64,000 nt of DNA from Pirellulales bacterium (GCA_044236455.1 JBIIGJ010000006.1:2546-66545); one strand, 5' to 3'. Counted from the first letter of the stretch, positions 9,795 through 20,267 are shown. Translations and numbers: made by a program. The notes: a model not told the origin generated them from the sequence alone.

Positions 9795-12043
9795 GGCAGA
9801 CCGGCGGGAAGCACGGAGGCGAGGTCGAGCAACTCCGTCGCCAGACCGCCAAGAGCGAGCGTGCCCGCGACACCGGTGGCCGCCAACGCGGGCTGCAGCG
9901 GCGATTCCGCGGCGCTGACGTCGAGGATCTGTCGCACCGCGATGCCAACGCCGCCGCAGCGGTCGTCGAGGACGACGAGATTCACCGCGGTCGTGTCCGC
10001 CGCGACGCCTTGGGGGGAGCCGAGCAAGGCATCGGCATCGATGACGGGCGTGAACAGTCCGCCCCGTCGCACGACCTGCCTGCCGCCCACGGGTTGCAAT
10101 TCCTCGCCACCGAATTTTTCCAGCCGCGTGACGCTGGCCAGCGGCAGGGCGATGCGACGGCCCGCGCCGGTGCGGCAGACCAGGTAGCTGCCGGCCACCG
10201 CCTGCACGGTGGCGTTGTCAGTTGGTGATGCTCCGCGTTCGATGGGCGGCAGGTTGGCGGCCCGGAGGATGCCGCGCAGGTCGATGATCAGCACCACGCC
10301 GCCGTCGCCGAGCACGGTCGCCCCTGAATAGATGCCCAGCTGCGCGAGCATGCTGCCGATCGGCTTGACCACGATCGTGGAGAGGCTGGCCGTCTCGCCG
10401 ACCGTGTCCGCGGTCCGGGCCCCGTCGACGACGAGGCCGAACTCGTGGTCGTCGACCCGCACGAGCACGACCGTCCCGGCTTCACGGCAGGCGGTGACAG
10501 GACGCAGCCCGAGGAATTCGTCGAGGAAGATCACCGGCACGAGACGGCCGCGGACCTGGATCACGGCGGCGGACGAGAGCCCTTCGATCCGCGGTCCGCC
10601 CTCGCCCCGCAGGGGCACCAGTTCCCCCACGGCGGCCTGCGGCAGGGCAAACCGCTCGCTGCCGCACCGCACCACCAGCGCCGGGATGATCGCGAGCGTC
10701 AGCGGCACCCGCACCCGCACGGTGGTGCCCAGACCGGGGCGGCTGGCGATGTCGACCGTGCCGCCAATCGCCTCGATGTTGGTTTTCACGACGTCCATGC
10801 CGACGCCGCGGCCCGATACGCTCGTCACCTGCGCCGCGGTGGAGAACCCAGGCTCGAAGATGAACTGCAGGATGCGGTCGTCGGGCAGGCTGGCCGCCGC
10901 GGCCGCATCGACGAGGCCGCGGGCCACCGCCTTCGCACGAACCGCCTCCACCGGGATACCGGCGCCGTCGTCCTGGACCTCGATCGTGACCTGGCCGCTC
11001 TCGTGAAACGCCCGCAGCGACAGCCGCCCTGTCGGCGGCTTCCCCCGGGCGACGCGGACGTCGGGCGGTTCGATGCCGTGATCGACGGCATTGCGCACCA
11101 GGTGGGTAAGCGGGTCGCGGATGCTCTCGATGAGGCTGCGGTCGAGCTCGGTATCGGCGCCGTCGATCACCAGCTGCACCTCGCGGCCGCAGGCGACGGC
11201 GAGGTCCCGGACCGTCCGCGGAAACTTGCTGAAGACGTGCTCGATCGGCTGCATCCGGGTCTTGACGGCCGCTTCCTGCAGCGAGTTGGTGACGGTGTTG
11301 ATGCGGTGGATCACGCCTTCGAGCGTGGGATCGACGGTGTCGATGCTGCGCAGTTCGTTGCGGGCCAGCACGAGTTCGCCCACGAGATCGAGGATCGAGG
11401 CCAGCAGGCCAACGTCGACCCGGATCGACGTGTCGGCGACGGTGGCCGGCCTCGTCGGCTCGGCGGGTGGCTTGGGCGCTGGTGTCGGCGGCGCGGCGGT
11501 CGCAACGAGTGCGTTCAGCGGCTGGTGGGCTATGGGCAGGGATGCCGTGGGCTGGGCGGTGATTTCCGGGGCGGCGGCCTCGGCCGTCGGTGCCGGCGTG
11601 GCGGTTGCCGGTGCTGCGGGGACGGCTGGTTTCGGGACAGCGGGGGCTGCGGAATGGTCCGCTGCCGCCACGGCCGCGAGCGTTTGGGAGAGTTCCCGGA
11701 AGTCGTTCTCCCCCTCCACCCCGGTGGATTCGATCGATTCCAGGATCGACCGCACCGCGTCGACCATCGAGTAGAGGGTGCCGGTCACCCGGTCGTCGAG
11801 CCGCACCTTTCCATCCCGCAGCCGGCCGAGCAGGTGCTCGCCGCTGTGCGTGATCGCTCCCAGCTTGGAAAAACCGAAGAAGCCGCTGTTGCCCTTGATC
11901 GTGTGGACCGTGCGGAAAATGCTGGCCAGCCGCTGGGGGTCGTCGGGCCGCTCTTCCAGTGCCAACAGGTCGCGGTCGAGTTGATCGAGGTTTTCGCTGG
12001 ACTCGACGAGAAATTCATCGATGAATTCGCGATTGTCGCTCAT
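9791..12043 (-). CDS. cheA: Chemotaxis histidine kinase CheA (Hpt, Ala/Pro-rich linker, dimerisation, HATPase, two CheW-like domains)
   Basis: I set the start at MSDNREFIDEF (ATG 12043). Supporting motifs are Hpt HTIKGNSG, HLVRNAVDHGIE, DDGAGI and GRGVGMDVV, followed by two consecutive CheW-like segments. The rest of the 1629-aa track ORF upstream is antisense to other genes. Confidence 0.9.
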   Translation of the reverse strand: MSDNREFIDEFLVESSENLDQLDRDLLALEERPDDPQRLASIFRTVHTIKGNSGFFGFSKLGAITHSGEHLLGRLRDGKVRLDDRVTGTLYSMVDAVRSILESIESTGVEGENDFRELSQTLAAVAAADHSAAPAVPKPAVPAAPATATPAPTAEAAAPEITAQPTASLPIAHQPLNALVATAAPPTPAPKPPAEPTRPATVADTSIRVDVGLLASILDLVGELVLARNELRSIDTVDPTLEGVIHRINTVTNSLQEAAVKTRMQPIEHVFSKFPRTVRDLAVACGREVQLVIDGADTELDRSLIESIRDPLTHLVRNAVDHGIEPPDVRVARGKPPTGRLSLRAFHESGQVTIEVQDDGAGIPVEAVRAKAVARGLVDAAAAASLPDDRILQFIFEPGFSTAAQVTSVSGRGVGMDVVKTNIEAIGGTVDIASRPGLGTTVRVRVPLTLAIIPALVVRCGSERFALPQAAVGELVPLRGEGGPRIEGLSSAAVIQVRGRLVPVIFLDEFLGLRPVTACREAGTVVLVRVDDHEFGLVVDGARTADTVGETASLSTIVVKPIGSMLAQLGIYSGATVLGDGGVVLIIDLRGILRAANLPPIERGASPTDNATVQAVAGSYLVCRTGAGRRIALPLASVTRLEKFGGEELQPVGGRQVVRRGGLFTPVIDADALLGSPQGVAADTTAVNLVVLDDRCGGVGIAVRQILDVSAAESPLQPALAATGVAGTLALGGLATELLDLASVLPAGLP

Positions 12044-12220
12044 TCCCGACCTTCCTGGCGTGTCACTCTGGGGCGGCGATTCCGAACGTGCCGACGATCC
12101 CGTCCCCTGAAGCATACACCCGAAACCAGGCTCCCGGCGGGCGTTCTGACGTCTGACCATGGGAGGTACCGCCTCCCCGATGGGTGTAACCAGCCGCGGC
12201 CCGCGGTCATAGTGAAGGGA

Positions 12221-13483
12221 ATGGTATTCGCCGGAGGACCGCCCCCAGTGACCTGTTGGAAGAAACTCCCGTTTGCGTTCGCGGTCCTGACCGCCTGCCT
12301 CCCGAATGGCTGGGTGGCAGAGACCTGCCGCGCCGCCCAGCCGCAGGCAGAAGCGCCGGCAAGCGGCGCTGAAAGGATCTCGCCGGTAAGCGGCGGCAGG
12401 GATAGTTCGCCGGCCAGCGGCGAGTGGGAAATCACCCCCGAAAGCGCGGCGGCGATCGAGCAGGGGCTCGCCTGGCTGGCCGCCAATCAGACGGCGGCGG
12501 GCAACTGGGAGTCGAACGACCTTGGCCTCGTCGGCGTGGGAGCGCTCGCCTTCCTCGCCAACGGCCACATGCCGGGCGTGGGGAAGTATGGCGACAACGT
12601 CGAGCGGGCGCTGGCGTTCATCGTCGCCAACGCGAAGCCCAGCGGCCTGCTCAACATGGCCGACCAGCGGCGCGACATGTACAACCACGGCCTCGCCACG
12701 TTCGTGCTGGGGCAGGCCTACGGCATGACGAACGATCCCCGCATCGGCCGGGCGCTCGACAAGGCGCTCAAGCTCATCGCCCGCATGCAGGGGCCGGGCG
12801 GAGGCTGGGGCTACGTCGCCAAGCCGGAGGACGGCGACCTGAGTCTCTGTGTGATGCAGGCCAAGGCGCTCCGTAGCGCCGTCGACAGCGGCCTCGAGAT
12901 TCCCAGCGAGGTGATCGACCGCGCGATCGCGCGGGTGCGGCTCCACTACCATCCCAAGCACGGCAAGCGCAACGCTCCCGAGGCGGAGCTCAAGCAGGGC
13001 CCAGGGCAGTTCACCTATGCAGTCGGTGGCGGCAACGCGACCGTGGCGATGGCGGCGGCGGGCGTCATCTGCCTCCAGGAATTCGGCCAGTACGAGGACT
13101 GGCGGATTCCCAAGAGCATGGAGCCCGTCACGAAGGCGATCGCCGCCGCGAAGCCGCAGCCCCAGCACAACGGCCAGATGCCGTTCGACGCCTACACGCT
13201 CAACTACGTCGGCCAGTCGCTCTACCAGGTGGGCGGCACGGGCTGGCGCGAGCACTATCCCAAGCTCCGCGACAGCCTCGTCGCCTCGCAGCGACGCGAT
13301 CCCAAGAACCCGGCCATCGACGGCTCGTGGGACGCCGGCGGCCACGTCGGCGGCAAACCCGGCACGCTCTACGGCACGGCCGTGGCCGTGTTCGTGCTCG
13401 CGATCCCCAACCGCTACCTGCCGATCCTGCAGGAAGGCCGGATCGACGGCATCCAGCAGCAGTTCACCGCGTCGCAGAAGTAA
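12221..13483 (+). CDS. Secreted prenyltransferase/squalene-oxidase-repeat (alpha/alpha-toroid) protein
   Basis: Signal-peptide-like N-terminus (KKLPFAFAVLTACLP). Repeat motifs AAGNWES, PGGGWGY and IDGSWDAGGH. The start is set at ATG 12221 within the longer track ORF. Confidence 0.65.
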   Translation: MVFAGGPPPVTCWKKLPFAFAVLTACLPNGWVAETCRAAQPQAEAPASGAERISPVSGGRDSSPASGEWEITPESAAAIEQGLAWLAANQTAAGNWESNDLGLVGVGALAFLANGHMPGVGKYGDNVERALAFIVANAKPSGLLNMADQRRDMYNHGLATFVLGQAYGMTNDPRIGRALDKALKLIARMQGPGGGWGYVAKPEDGDLSLCVMQAKALRSAVDSGLEIPSEVIDRAIARVRLHYHPKHGKRNAPEAELKQGPGQFTYAVGGGNATVAMAAAGVICLQEFGQYEDWRIPKSMEPVTKAIAAAKPQPQHNGQMPFDAYTLNYVGQSLYQVGGTGWREHYPKLRDSLVASQRRDPKNPAIDGSWDAGGHVGGKPGTLYGTAVAVFVLAIPNRYLPILQEGRIDGIQQQFTASQK

Positions 13484-13507
13484 GTCCCCCCGCAGGCCGC
13501 CGCCGTC

Positions 13508-16015
13508 ATGCTGACATTTCTTCCGGGGGGACAGTTCTTCGCGATCGCCGGTCTCGTCGCCGCCGCGGCGCCGCTGGTCATCCATCTCCTCAACCGCCGG
13601 AGGTTTCGCGAGCTCGACTGGGCCGCGATGGATTTTCTGCTCGAGGCGTCGAGCCGCAGCCGGTCGCTGCTCGAGCTTCGCGATCTCTTGCTCCTGGCCC
13701 TGCGGACGGCTGCCGTGGCGCTCTTCGGGCTGGCGATCGCGCGGCCGTTTCTCGCCAGCCGGGCGGGCGCCGCCGCGGGCTCCGGTCCGGTCCACGCAGT
13801 GCTCGTCGTCGACAATAGCCTGAGCATGGGACGCGAACGGCTCGGCGGCACGACGCTTCTCGACGATGCCCGCACGCGGGCCAAGGAGTTCATCGACCGC
13901 TGCCCCGTGGGCAGCCGCGTCTCCGTGCTGCCGCTGTGCGGCCCCGCCGGCTCCTACAGCTTCGACGCCCACCGCACCAAGGAAGACGCCGTCGAGGCGG
14001 TCGAGGCGATTGTGCTCGTGGATCGAGCCGGCAGCGCCGCTACGGCAATCGACCTCTCCGCGCAGGCCGCCGCGCAGTCGCCAGACCTGCCCGACAAGCG
14101 GTTCGTCTTCATCGGCGACCAGCAGGGAGTCACCTGGCCGGCCGACCCCGTGGGCCTGCTTACGGAGGCCGTGCCGGAGATGCAGGTCGTGTCGGTGCCG
14201 CCCGCCGAGATCGACAATACGTGGGTCGAGTCGTTGCAGTTGGAAGACGGCATCGCCGACGGCGAGACGCCGGCCGCGTTGACGTGCGTCGTGCGGCACG
14301 AGGGCAAGGAGCCGAGAGCCGCCGTGCAGGTGACGCTCGCGGTGGATGGGGCCGAGGTGGCGACCGAGACGATCGACCTCGAGCCGGGGCAGTCCCGCGA
14401 GCTGACGTTTCAGCACCGCTTCGACGCGGCGGCCGAGCCGGGCCGGCCCGCCTCTGCCACGGCGGTGGTGAGGCTCTCCTCCGACAGCCTGCCGGAGGAC
14501 GACAGCCGCGCGATCGTCGTGCCGGTCGTGGCGGCGTTGCCGGTCGTGTTCATCGATCAATATGGCGCCGCGGAGGATTCCCGCCGCAACCGCTTCGGGG
14601 AAACGCGGCATCTCCGCCGGCTGCTCGCGCCGGTGGTGTCGCGGGCCGACGCCGAGAAGCAGCTCGTGCAGGTGCGGCATGTTGGCATCGACAAGGTCGA
14701 CCGCGAACTGCTCGCGGACGCGCGGATGGTGGTGGTGGCGGGCGTGCGGTCCCCCGCGTCGATCACGCCGCTCCTGCGGGAATACGCGATGCAGGGAGGG
14801 CAGCTCGTGATCGCCGCCGGCGCCGAGTTCGATCCCGAGGACTGGAATCGCGAAGCCTGGCTCGAGGGCCGCGGCATCCTGCCGGTTCCCATCGCCGGCA
14901 CGGTCGGCCGGTTGCCCGACGAGGCCGCGGAGCTGAAACCCTTCCTTCTCGACTGGCGGAGCATGAAGGACGACGCCCGCTTCCGTCTTCCCGGCGTGCC
15001 GGAGGAGGAGCTGGCCGATCTCTACACCGGGCCGCTCTTCTTCAAGGCCGTGAAGAGCGACGCCGCCCCTGAAACCCTCGCGGCCATCGGTACCGCCGAC
15101 ATCCGCCGACGCGAGGAGGAGGCCGAGGAACGGCGCGAACTCGCGGCTGAAGTCGAGCGGCTCGGCGCGCTCGAATCGACAGGAAAGATCACGCCCGCCG
15201 ACGCCGCGCGGCGAAACGACGCCCGCGCGCGGCTCGCGGCGCTCTCCCCCGTGTGGCTCACATGGCGAACCGATGCGGGGGCCGAAGAGGGATCCGATTT
15301 CCAGACGCCGGAGCGGGTCAGGCCCCGTGTGCTGGCGGCGTTCGACAACGGCCAGCCGTTTCTCGTCTCCCGCGCGATCGGCCGCGGCAGCGTGCTCTTC
15401 GTCGCGTCGGGCCTGTTGAGCCCGTGGAACACGCTGCCGAGAACCAACGCGATGCTCCTCTTCGACCGGCTGCTGCGGGAAATGCTGTCCGCGACACTGC
15501 CCGCGCGGACGATCGACACGGTCGACGTGCTGCCGCTGCCGCTCTCACCTCGCGACCGCCATGCCACGATCCGGCTCAAGCGTCCCGACGGTCGCGAGGA
15601 AACGCTCACGGTTGAGGCCCTCGGCGGCGATGCGTATGGCGTCACGCTCCGCGACCTCGTGGAGCGGGGCCTCTACACCGTCACGGCCACGAAGGGGGAT
15701 CCGGCGGGCGGTGGTGCCCAGACGGATCGTCCGAGTCGTGCCGCGGCCGAGTGGCAACTTTCGATCGCGGCCGATGGACCGGCCCGCGAATCGCAGCCGC
15801 AGGTACTCGATGCCGCATCGTTTGCGACGGTGTCTGAAAAGACCGAGGGCTTTCGCTGGGTGGGGCCCGAGCAGCCGATCAACGTCGACGGCGCGCGCGT
15901 CACCGGGCAGGGCGCCTGGTGGTGGCTGCTCTGCGGGTCCCTCGCCTGCCTGCTCGGTGAAGGTGTCGTGCTCGCGGCACCGTATCGCACTCGCGGCTCA
16001 CAATCCAACGCATGA
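13508..16015 (+). CDS. BatA-N/VWA domain membrane protein
   Basis: N-terminal double-TM aerotolerance-regulator-type motif (PLVIHLLNRRRF), VWA MIDAS VVDNSLSM, and a C-terminal TM. Confidence 0.7.
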   Translation: MLTFLPGGQFFAIAGLVAAAAPLVIHLLNRRRFRELDWAAMDFLLEASSRSRSLLELRDLLLLALRTAAVALFGLAIARPFLASRAGAAAGSGPVHAVLVVDNSLSMGRERLGGTTLLDDARTRAKEFIDRCPVGSRVSVLPLCGPAGSYSFDAHRTKEDAVEAVEAIVLVDRAGSAATAIDLSAQAAAQSPDLPDKRFVFIGDQQGVTWPADPVGLLTEAVPEMQVVSVPPAEIDNTWVESLQLEDGIADGETPAALTCVVRHEGKEPRAAVQVTLAVDGAEVATETIDLEPGQSRELTFQHRFDAAAEPGRPASATAVVRLSSDSLPEDDSRAIVVPVVAALPVVFIDQYGAAEDSRRNRFGETRHLRRLLAPVVSRADAEKQLVQVRHVGIDKVDRELLADARMVVVAGVRSPASITPLLREYAMQGGQLVIAAGAEFDPEDWNREAWLEGRGILPVPIAGTVGRLPDEAAELKPFLLDWRSMKDDARFRLPGVPEEELADLYTGPLFFKAVKSDAAPETLAAIGTADIRRREEEAEERRELAAEVERLGALESTGKITPADAARRNDARARLAALSPVWLTWRTDAGAEEGSDFQTPERVRPRVLAAFDNGQPFLVSRAIGRGSVLFVASGLLSPWNTLPRTNAMLLFDRLLREMLSATLPARTIDTVDVLPLPLSPRDRHATIRLKRPDGREETLTVEALGGDAYGVTLRDLVERGLYTVTATKGDPAGGGAQTDRPSRAAAEWQLSIAADGPARESQPQVLDAASFATVSEKTEGFRWVGPEQPINVDGARVTGQGAWWWLLCGSLACLLGEGVVLAAPYRTRGSQSNA

Positions 16016-18462
16016 ACAGCTCGCTCGGCAACCTGTTGCGGCTTGACGGCCTCGAATCGATCGACGGCTGGAGCCTGTCGTTCGCCGCGGCCTGGGCGGA
16101 GCGGAATCCGTTCCTGGTGCTCGTCGGCTGCCTGGCGGCCGCGGCGCTCGCCGCCTGGTTCTACCGGCGCTACCAGCCGGAGCTGCCTCCGCAGCGGCGT
16201 GTGGCCCTGGCGGCACTGCGGGCCGCGATCCTCTCGCTTCTAGTCATCATGCTCGCCGACCCGGTGTTGCGGCTCTCGTTCAGCCACGCACCGCGGCCGC
16301 TGCTCTGGCTGCTCTTCGACGGCACCGAAAGCATGGCGATCGAGGACGACCTCGAGCCCGCCGAGCAGGCGGCGCTCGCGAAGGCCGTCGGAGCTGACAG
16401 TGCGAGCGGTGCAGGCGAAGCGGCCTCCAGCACAAGCTCGCGGTCGCGGCAGGACTTCGTCGCCGCCTGGGTCCGCCGGCAGGACGACAACGTGCTCTCT
16501 GCGCTGGCCAAAAAATTCCGGCTCAAGGCCTCCCTGATGCACTCGGCCGACGCGGTTCGCGCGATCGATCTCGGCGATGACGGCGCAGGGGGCATCGATG
16601 GCGATCGCGTTGCCACGCAGCTTGCGACCACCGGCCAGGTGACGGCGCTTGGGAAAGCCTTCGACGACCTCAGCCTGCGGCATGCCTCGGGCACCCTTCA
16701 GGGCGTGGTGGTGGTGAGCGATTTCGATCAGAACGCAGGGCCGCCCGCCGCCGAGGCGGCGAAGAAGCTCGGCGTGCCGGTCTATGCCGTCGGCGTCGGC
16801 CCTGGCGCCGCCATCGACATCGCCGTCGACTTGCAGGCGCCGCCACTCTTGAAGAAGTCGGAACGCGCCGCCGTGGTCGTGACGCTCAGGCAGACGGGGC
16901 TCGACGGCGCGTCGGCCGACGTGACGGTGACGGCGCGGCCGCTCGAGGGCTCCGCCGAGGCCCGCCGCCGCTCGATCCCGATCGGGCAGAAGACGATCGC
17001 ATGCTCCGGGCCGACGGTGGCCGTGGAGTTTCCCGTGACGCCGGAGGAAATCGGTCGCCAAGAGTTCGTGGTCGAGGTGGCGCCGCTCGACGGCGAGACG
17101 ATTCTCGACAACAACCGCGCGTCTCGTGAGGTGAACATCCGCGACGATTTCCTGCGGCTCTTGGACGTGGAGTATGAGCCGACCTGGGAGTGGCGGTTCA
17201 TCAAGGAGGTGTTCCACCGTGATCCGCTCGTGGGTATGCGGGGCTTCCGCACGTTCTTGCGGTCGGCCGATACGCAGGTGCGGAAGAACAACGAGCTCTT
17301 TCTGCCGACGCCTGCGCCGGCCCGCGGCGAATTCTTCGCCAACGACGTGATCTTCTTGGGCGACATGCCGGCCTCGGCGGTCAATCCGCGGTTCTGCGAA
17401 ATGACCAAGGAGTTCGTGGAGACGTTTGGCGGTGGCCTCGTGGTGATCGCGGGCAACCGGTTCGGCCCCGGCCAGCTCGTCGGCACGCCGCTGGCCGACA
17501 TGCTGCCCGTGGTGCTCGACGGTGGCGAGCGGCCGGTCGAGGAGAAGCCGTTCGAACTGCAGCTCGCGGCCGATGCCGGGCTCGTCGACTTCATGCAACT
17601 GGGGGTCGACGACGCCGAGAACAGGAAGGCGTGGGCCAACCTCGGGCCGCTGCCCTGGTATCAGCCGGTGGCCCGGCCGCACCCGCAGGCGACCGTGCTC
17701 GCCGTCCATCCGACCGATACTTGCGTGGACGGCAAGACCCGGCAGCCGATCATCGCGATCCGCCGCTACGGCCGTGGCGAGGTGGTCTACGTGGGCACCA
17801 ACGAGACCTGGCGGCTCCGCAGGAAATACGGCGAGCGCTACTACCGTCAGTTCTGGGGCCAGATGATCCACCGCCTCGGCCTGAGCCACGCGCTCGGCAG
17901 CCAGAAGCGGTTCGTCGTCCGCACCGACGCGCCGCGGTATCAGTCGGACGACACGGTCGTCGTGACGGTGGAGGCCTACGATGCCAACTTCGAGCCGCTC
18001 GTGGACGAGGCGTTGCCCGGCCGAACGCTCGCCGCGAGCCTCTTCCGCCCGGACCAGCCGGCAGACGGCGGCGAGCCCGAGGCAGTGACGCTCGCGCAGC
18101 TTCGTCCAGGGGTCTTCGAAGCCCGGCTGCCAGTGAACGAGGGGGGCGGCTACCGGCTGCGGGTGACCGATCCGGTGACGCGTGAGGAGAGCGAGGTGGC
18201 GTTTACGGTCACGAGCCTCTCCGCCGAGCGCCGCAGCGCTGTTCGCAACGTCGCCCTGCAGCAGGCGCTCGCCGCGGAGACGTCGGGGCGAGCCTACGAC
18301 CTTGCCTCGGCTGGCGGCCTTGTCGACGACATCAATCCCGCTGCGCGGCTCGAGCGGAACGTGCGGGTGTTTCCACTCAGCATGACCTGGCTCTGCCTCG
18401 GCACGGGACTGCTGCTCATGATCGGCGAATGGCTCCTTCGCAAGCGGGCGAACCTGCCATGA
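16012..18462 (+). CDS. Membrane protein with VWA-like (DGTES) and amidotransferase-like regions
   Basis: ATGA overlap with the upstream gene. N-terminal TM pair, LFDGTESM, VVVSDFDQN...VYAVGVG, GGGLVVIAG, and a C-terminal TM. Confidence 0.6.
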   Translation: MNSSLGNLLRLDGLESIDGWSLSFAAAWAERNPFLVLVGCLAAAALAAWFYRRYQPELPPQRRVALAALRAAILSLLVIMLADPVLRLSFSHAPRPLLWLLFDGTESMAIEDDLEPAEQAALAKAVGADSASGAGEAASSTSSRSRQDFVAAWVRRQDDNVLSALAKKFRLKASLMHSADAVRAIDLGDDGAGGIDGDRVATQLATTGQVTALGKAFDDLSLRHASGTLQGVVVVSDFDQNAGPPAAEAAKKLGVPVYAVGVGPGAAIDIAVDLQAPPLLKKSERAAVVVTLRQTGLDGASADVTVTARPLEGSAEARRRSIPIGQKTIACSGPTVAVEFPVTPEEIGRQEFVVEVAPLDGETILDNNRASREVNIRDDFLRLLDVEYEPTWEWRFIKEVFHRDPLVGMRGFRTFLRSADTQVRKNNELFLPTPAPARGEFFANDVIFLGDMPASAVNPRFCEMTKEFVETFGGGLVVIAGNRFGPGQLVGTPLADMLPVVLDGGERPVEEKPFELQLAADAGLVDFMQLGVDDAENRKAWANLGPLPWYQPVARPHPQATVLAVHPTDTCVDGKTRQPIIAIRRYGRGEVVYVGTNETWRLRRKYGERYYRQFWGQMIHRLGLSHALGSQKRFVVRTDAPRYQSDDTVVVTVEAYDANFEPLVDEALPGRTLAASLFRPDQPADGGEPEAVTLAQLRPGVFEARLPVNEGGGYRLRVTDPVTREESEVAFTVTSLSAERRSAVRNVALQQALAAETSGRAYDLASAGGLVDDINPAARLERNVRVFPLSMTWLCLGTGLLLMIGEWLLRKRANLP

Positions 18463-20267
18463 CCAGCATGAAAAGCACGCACGACATGAACGACTCGAAC
18501 GAATCGCTCGACCAGCACGAGTCCCTCGCCACGCCCGACGGCGCACGCCCGGCTGCCGCGCCGGGCCGCGATGGCTCGCCGCTCGCGGCGCTCCGCAGCC
18601 GAATCGCCGGCGTGCGGCGGCGGCGGGCGGCAGTGCGGACTGTCGTGGGGCTCTCGATCCTGGGGCTCGCCATCGTGGCGGTTGTGGCGGGGCTCTTTCT
18701 CGTCGATTGGATCTTCTCCCTGTCACGGCTGGGCCGTCTCGTGCTGCTCGTCACGGCCATCGTGGCCATGGCCTGGGTGTGTGTCAGCCGCGTGCGGCCG
18801 TGGCTCACGGTCCGCGAGTCGGATCTCGACCTGGCGATGCTCGTGGAACGTGAACAGGGCATCGACAGCGATCTCGTGGCGGCGCTGCAGTTCGAGCGGC
18901 CGGGCTCGGGCGGCTGGGGTTCCGACATCCTTCGCTCCGCGGTCGTTGACTACGTGGCCGATTTCGGGAAGACCTGGTCGATCCCGACGCGGGTGCCTCG
19001 TGCGGCGCTCGTGCGGCGGCTGGGCTGGCTGGCGGCGGCGGTCGCGGGAATCGCCGCGGCGGCCATCCTGCGGCCCGATGTCGCGACGGCGTTCTTGAAC
19101 AGGATGCTGCTCGGCGGCATGCACTACCCGACGAGAACCCGGATCGAATCGCTCGCGATCGGCGGTGCGGTCGTCGATGTCGCGCCGGGCAGAACGACCG
19201 TAGTGAAAAAACCGCTTGGCCAGCCGCTCGACTTCGCGGTCGGCGTGGCGGGCCGCATTCCCGAGTCGGGACGCGTACGACTCACGCAGATCGACGATGG
19301 CGCCGAGGCGAGCCTGGAGCTTGTGGCTGATCCGCGGCGAGCCGCCGGCACGTTCGCGGCGCGGCTGCCAAAACTGACCGACTCGGCGCGGGCCGAGGTG
19401 TTCGTCGGGGATGCCTGGACCGATCCGATCGTGGTGGAGGTCGTGCCGCTGCCGATCATCGATGCGTCGCTTGCCGCCACGCCCCCCGACTACGCGCGGG
19501 CTGCCGCCGCCGACGAGCCGGCGCCGAGCGGATCGCGGCAGTTGACGGTACTCGAGGGCTCGTCGGTGGGGGTGAGCGTGTCGTGCGCCAACAAGAAGCT
19601 CCATTCGGCCATGGTCGTGGTCGGGGGTGAGGAATATCCACTTCAGGAACGGGCGTCGCCCGCGGGCACGCCGATCTGGACGCTCCCGGGCGCCGGCTCG
19701 CCGCTGGCGGCCATCGCGAAGCCGACGGCCGTCGAGATCCGCGTGGTTGACGAAGACGGTCTCGCGCCGGCGACGCCGGTCACGCTCGCGATTCGCGTGA
19801 AGCCCGATGCTCGGCCGCGCGTGGTGGCCGAGATGCTGACCACCGCCGTGCTGCCGACCGGTTCGCCGCGGCTCTCGTGGCGGGTGGCCGACGACCATGG
19901 CATCCGTGATGTCGCGGTCGTGCTCGAGCCCGTGACGACCGCCGGTGCGGCGAATGCGAAGTCGATTGCCGTCACCTCCATGCCGCCAGCCGGCTGGATC
20001 GCCGGCGACCGCCTGCCGCTCGAAGGATCGGTGCGGGTGCCGCTGGCGGCGCTTGGGCTCAAGAAGGGAGACCAGGTGCGGGTCACGCTCACGGCCACCG
20101 ACTACCGCGGCTCCGGCAAGGGGCAGACGTCGTCGAGCGAACCGATCGTGCTCGACATCACCGACGAGTCGGGCATCCTGGCCGCGCTCTCGGAGACCGA
20201 CGAACGCTCGGCCAAGGAACTTGAAACGATCATCGAACGCCAGCTCGGCGTGGGAGGCACGCGATGA
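18459..20267 (+). CDS. Membrane protein of unknown function (two N-terminal TM helices, beta-rich ectodomain)
   Basis: I prefer the start at ATG 18459 because it forms an ATGA overlap with the upstream stop; ATG 18429 is the alternative. GC3 is high. Confidence 0.55.
   Translation: MTSMKSTHDMNDSNESLDQHESLATPDGARPAAAPGRDGSPLAALRSRIAGVRRRRAAVRTVVGLSILGLAIVAVVAGLFLVDWIFSLSRLGRLVLLVTAIVAMAWVCVSRVRPWLTVRESDLDLAMLVEREQGIDSDLVAALQFERPGSGGWGSDILRSAVVDYVADFGKTWSIPTRVPRAALVRRLGWLAAAVAGIAAAAILRPDVATAFLNRMLLGGMHYPTRTRIESLAIGGAVVDVAPGRTTVVKKPLGQPLDFAVGVAGRIPESGRVRLTQIDDGAEASLELVADPRRAAGTFAARLPKLTDSARAEVFVGDAWTDPIVVEVVPLPIIDASLAATPPDYARAAAADEPAPSGSRQLTVLEGSSVGVSVSCANKKLHSAMVVVGGEEYPLQERASPAGTPIWTLPGAGSPLAAIAKPTAVEIRVVDEDGLAPATPVTLAIRVKPDARPRVVAEMLTTAVLPTGSPRLSWRVADDHGIRDVAVVLEPVTTAGAANAKSIAVTSMPPAGWIAGDRLPLEGSVRVPLAALGLKKGDQVRVTLTATDYRGSGKGQTSSSEPIVLDITDESGILAALSETDERSAKELETIIERQLGVGGTR

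Noticed and set aside
10445-12220. N-terminal 592 codons of the 1,012-aa plus-strand ORF
   Set aside because: This region is antisense to cheA and has no recognisable domain. The real gene begins at ATG 12221 with a signal peptide.
12044-14680. Upstream two-thirds of the 1,629-aa minus-strand track ORF (9791-14680)
   Set aside because: Only the portion from ATG 12043 matches CheA (Hpt onward). The rest is Arg/Gly/Pro-rich low-complexity sequence. It is antisense to well-supported plus-strand genes, a typical open antisense frame in high-GC DNA.
16240-18726. 828-aa minus-strand ORF
   Set aside because: It is antisense to the VWA-like membrane protein gene and has an Arg/Pro/Gly-rich product with no motif. 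This is a GC artefact.
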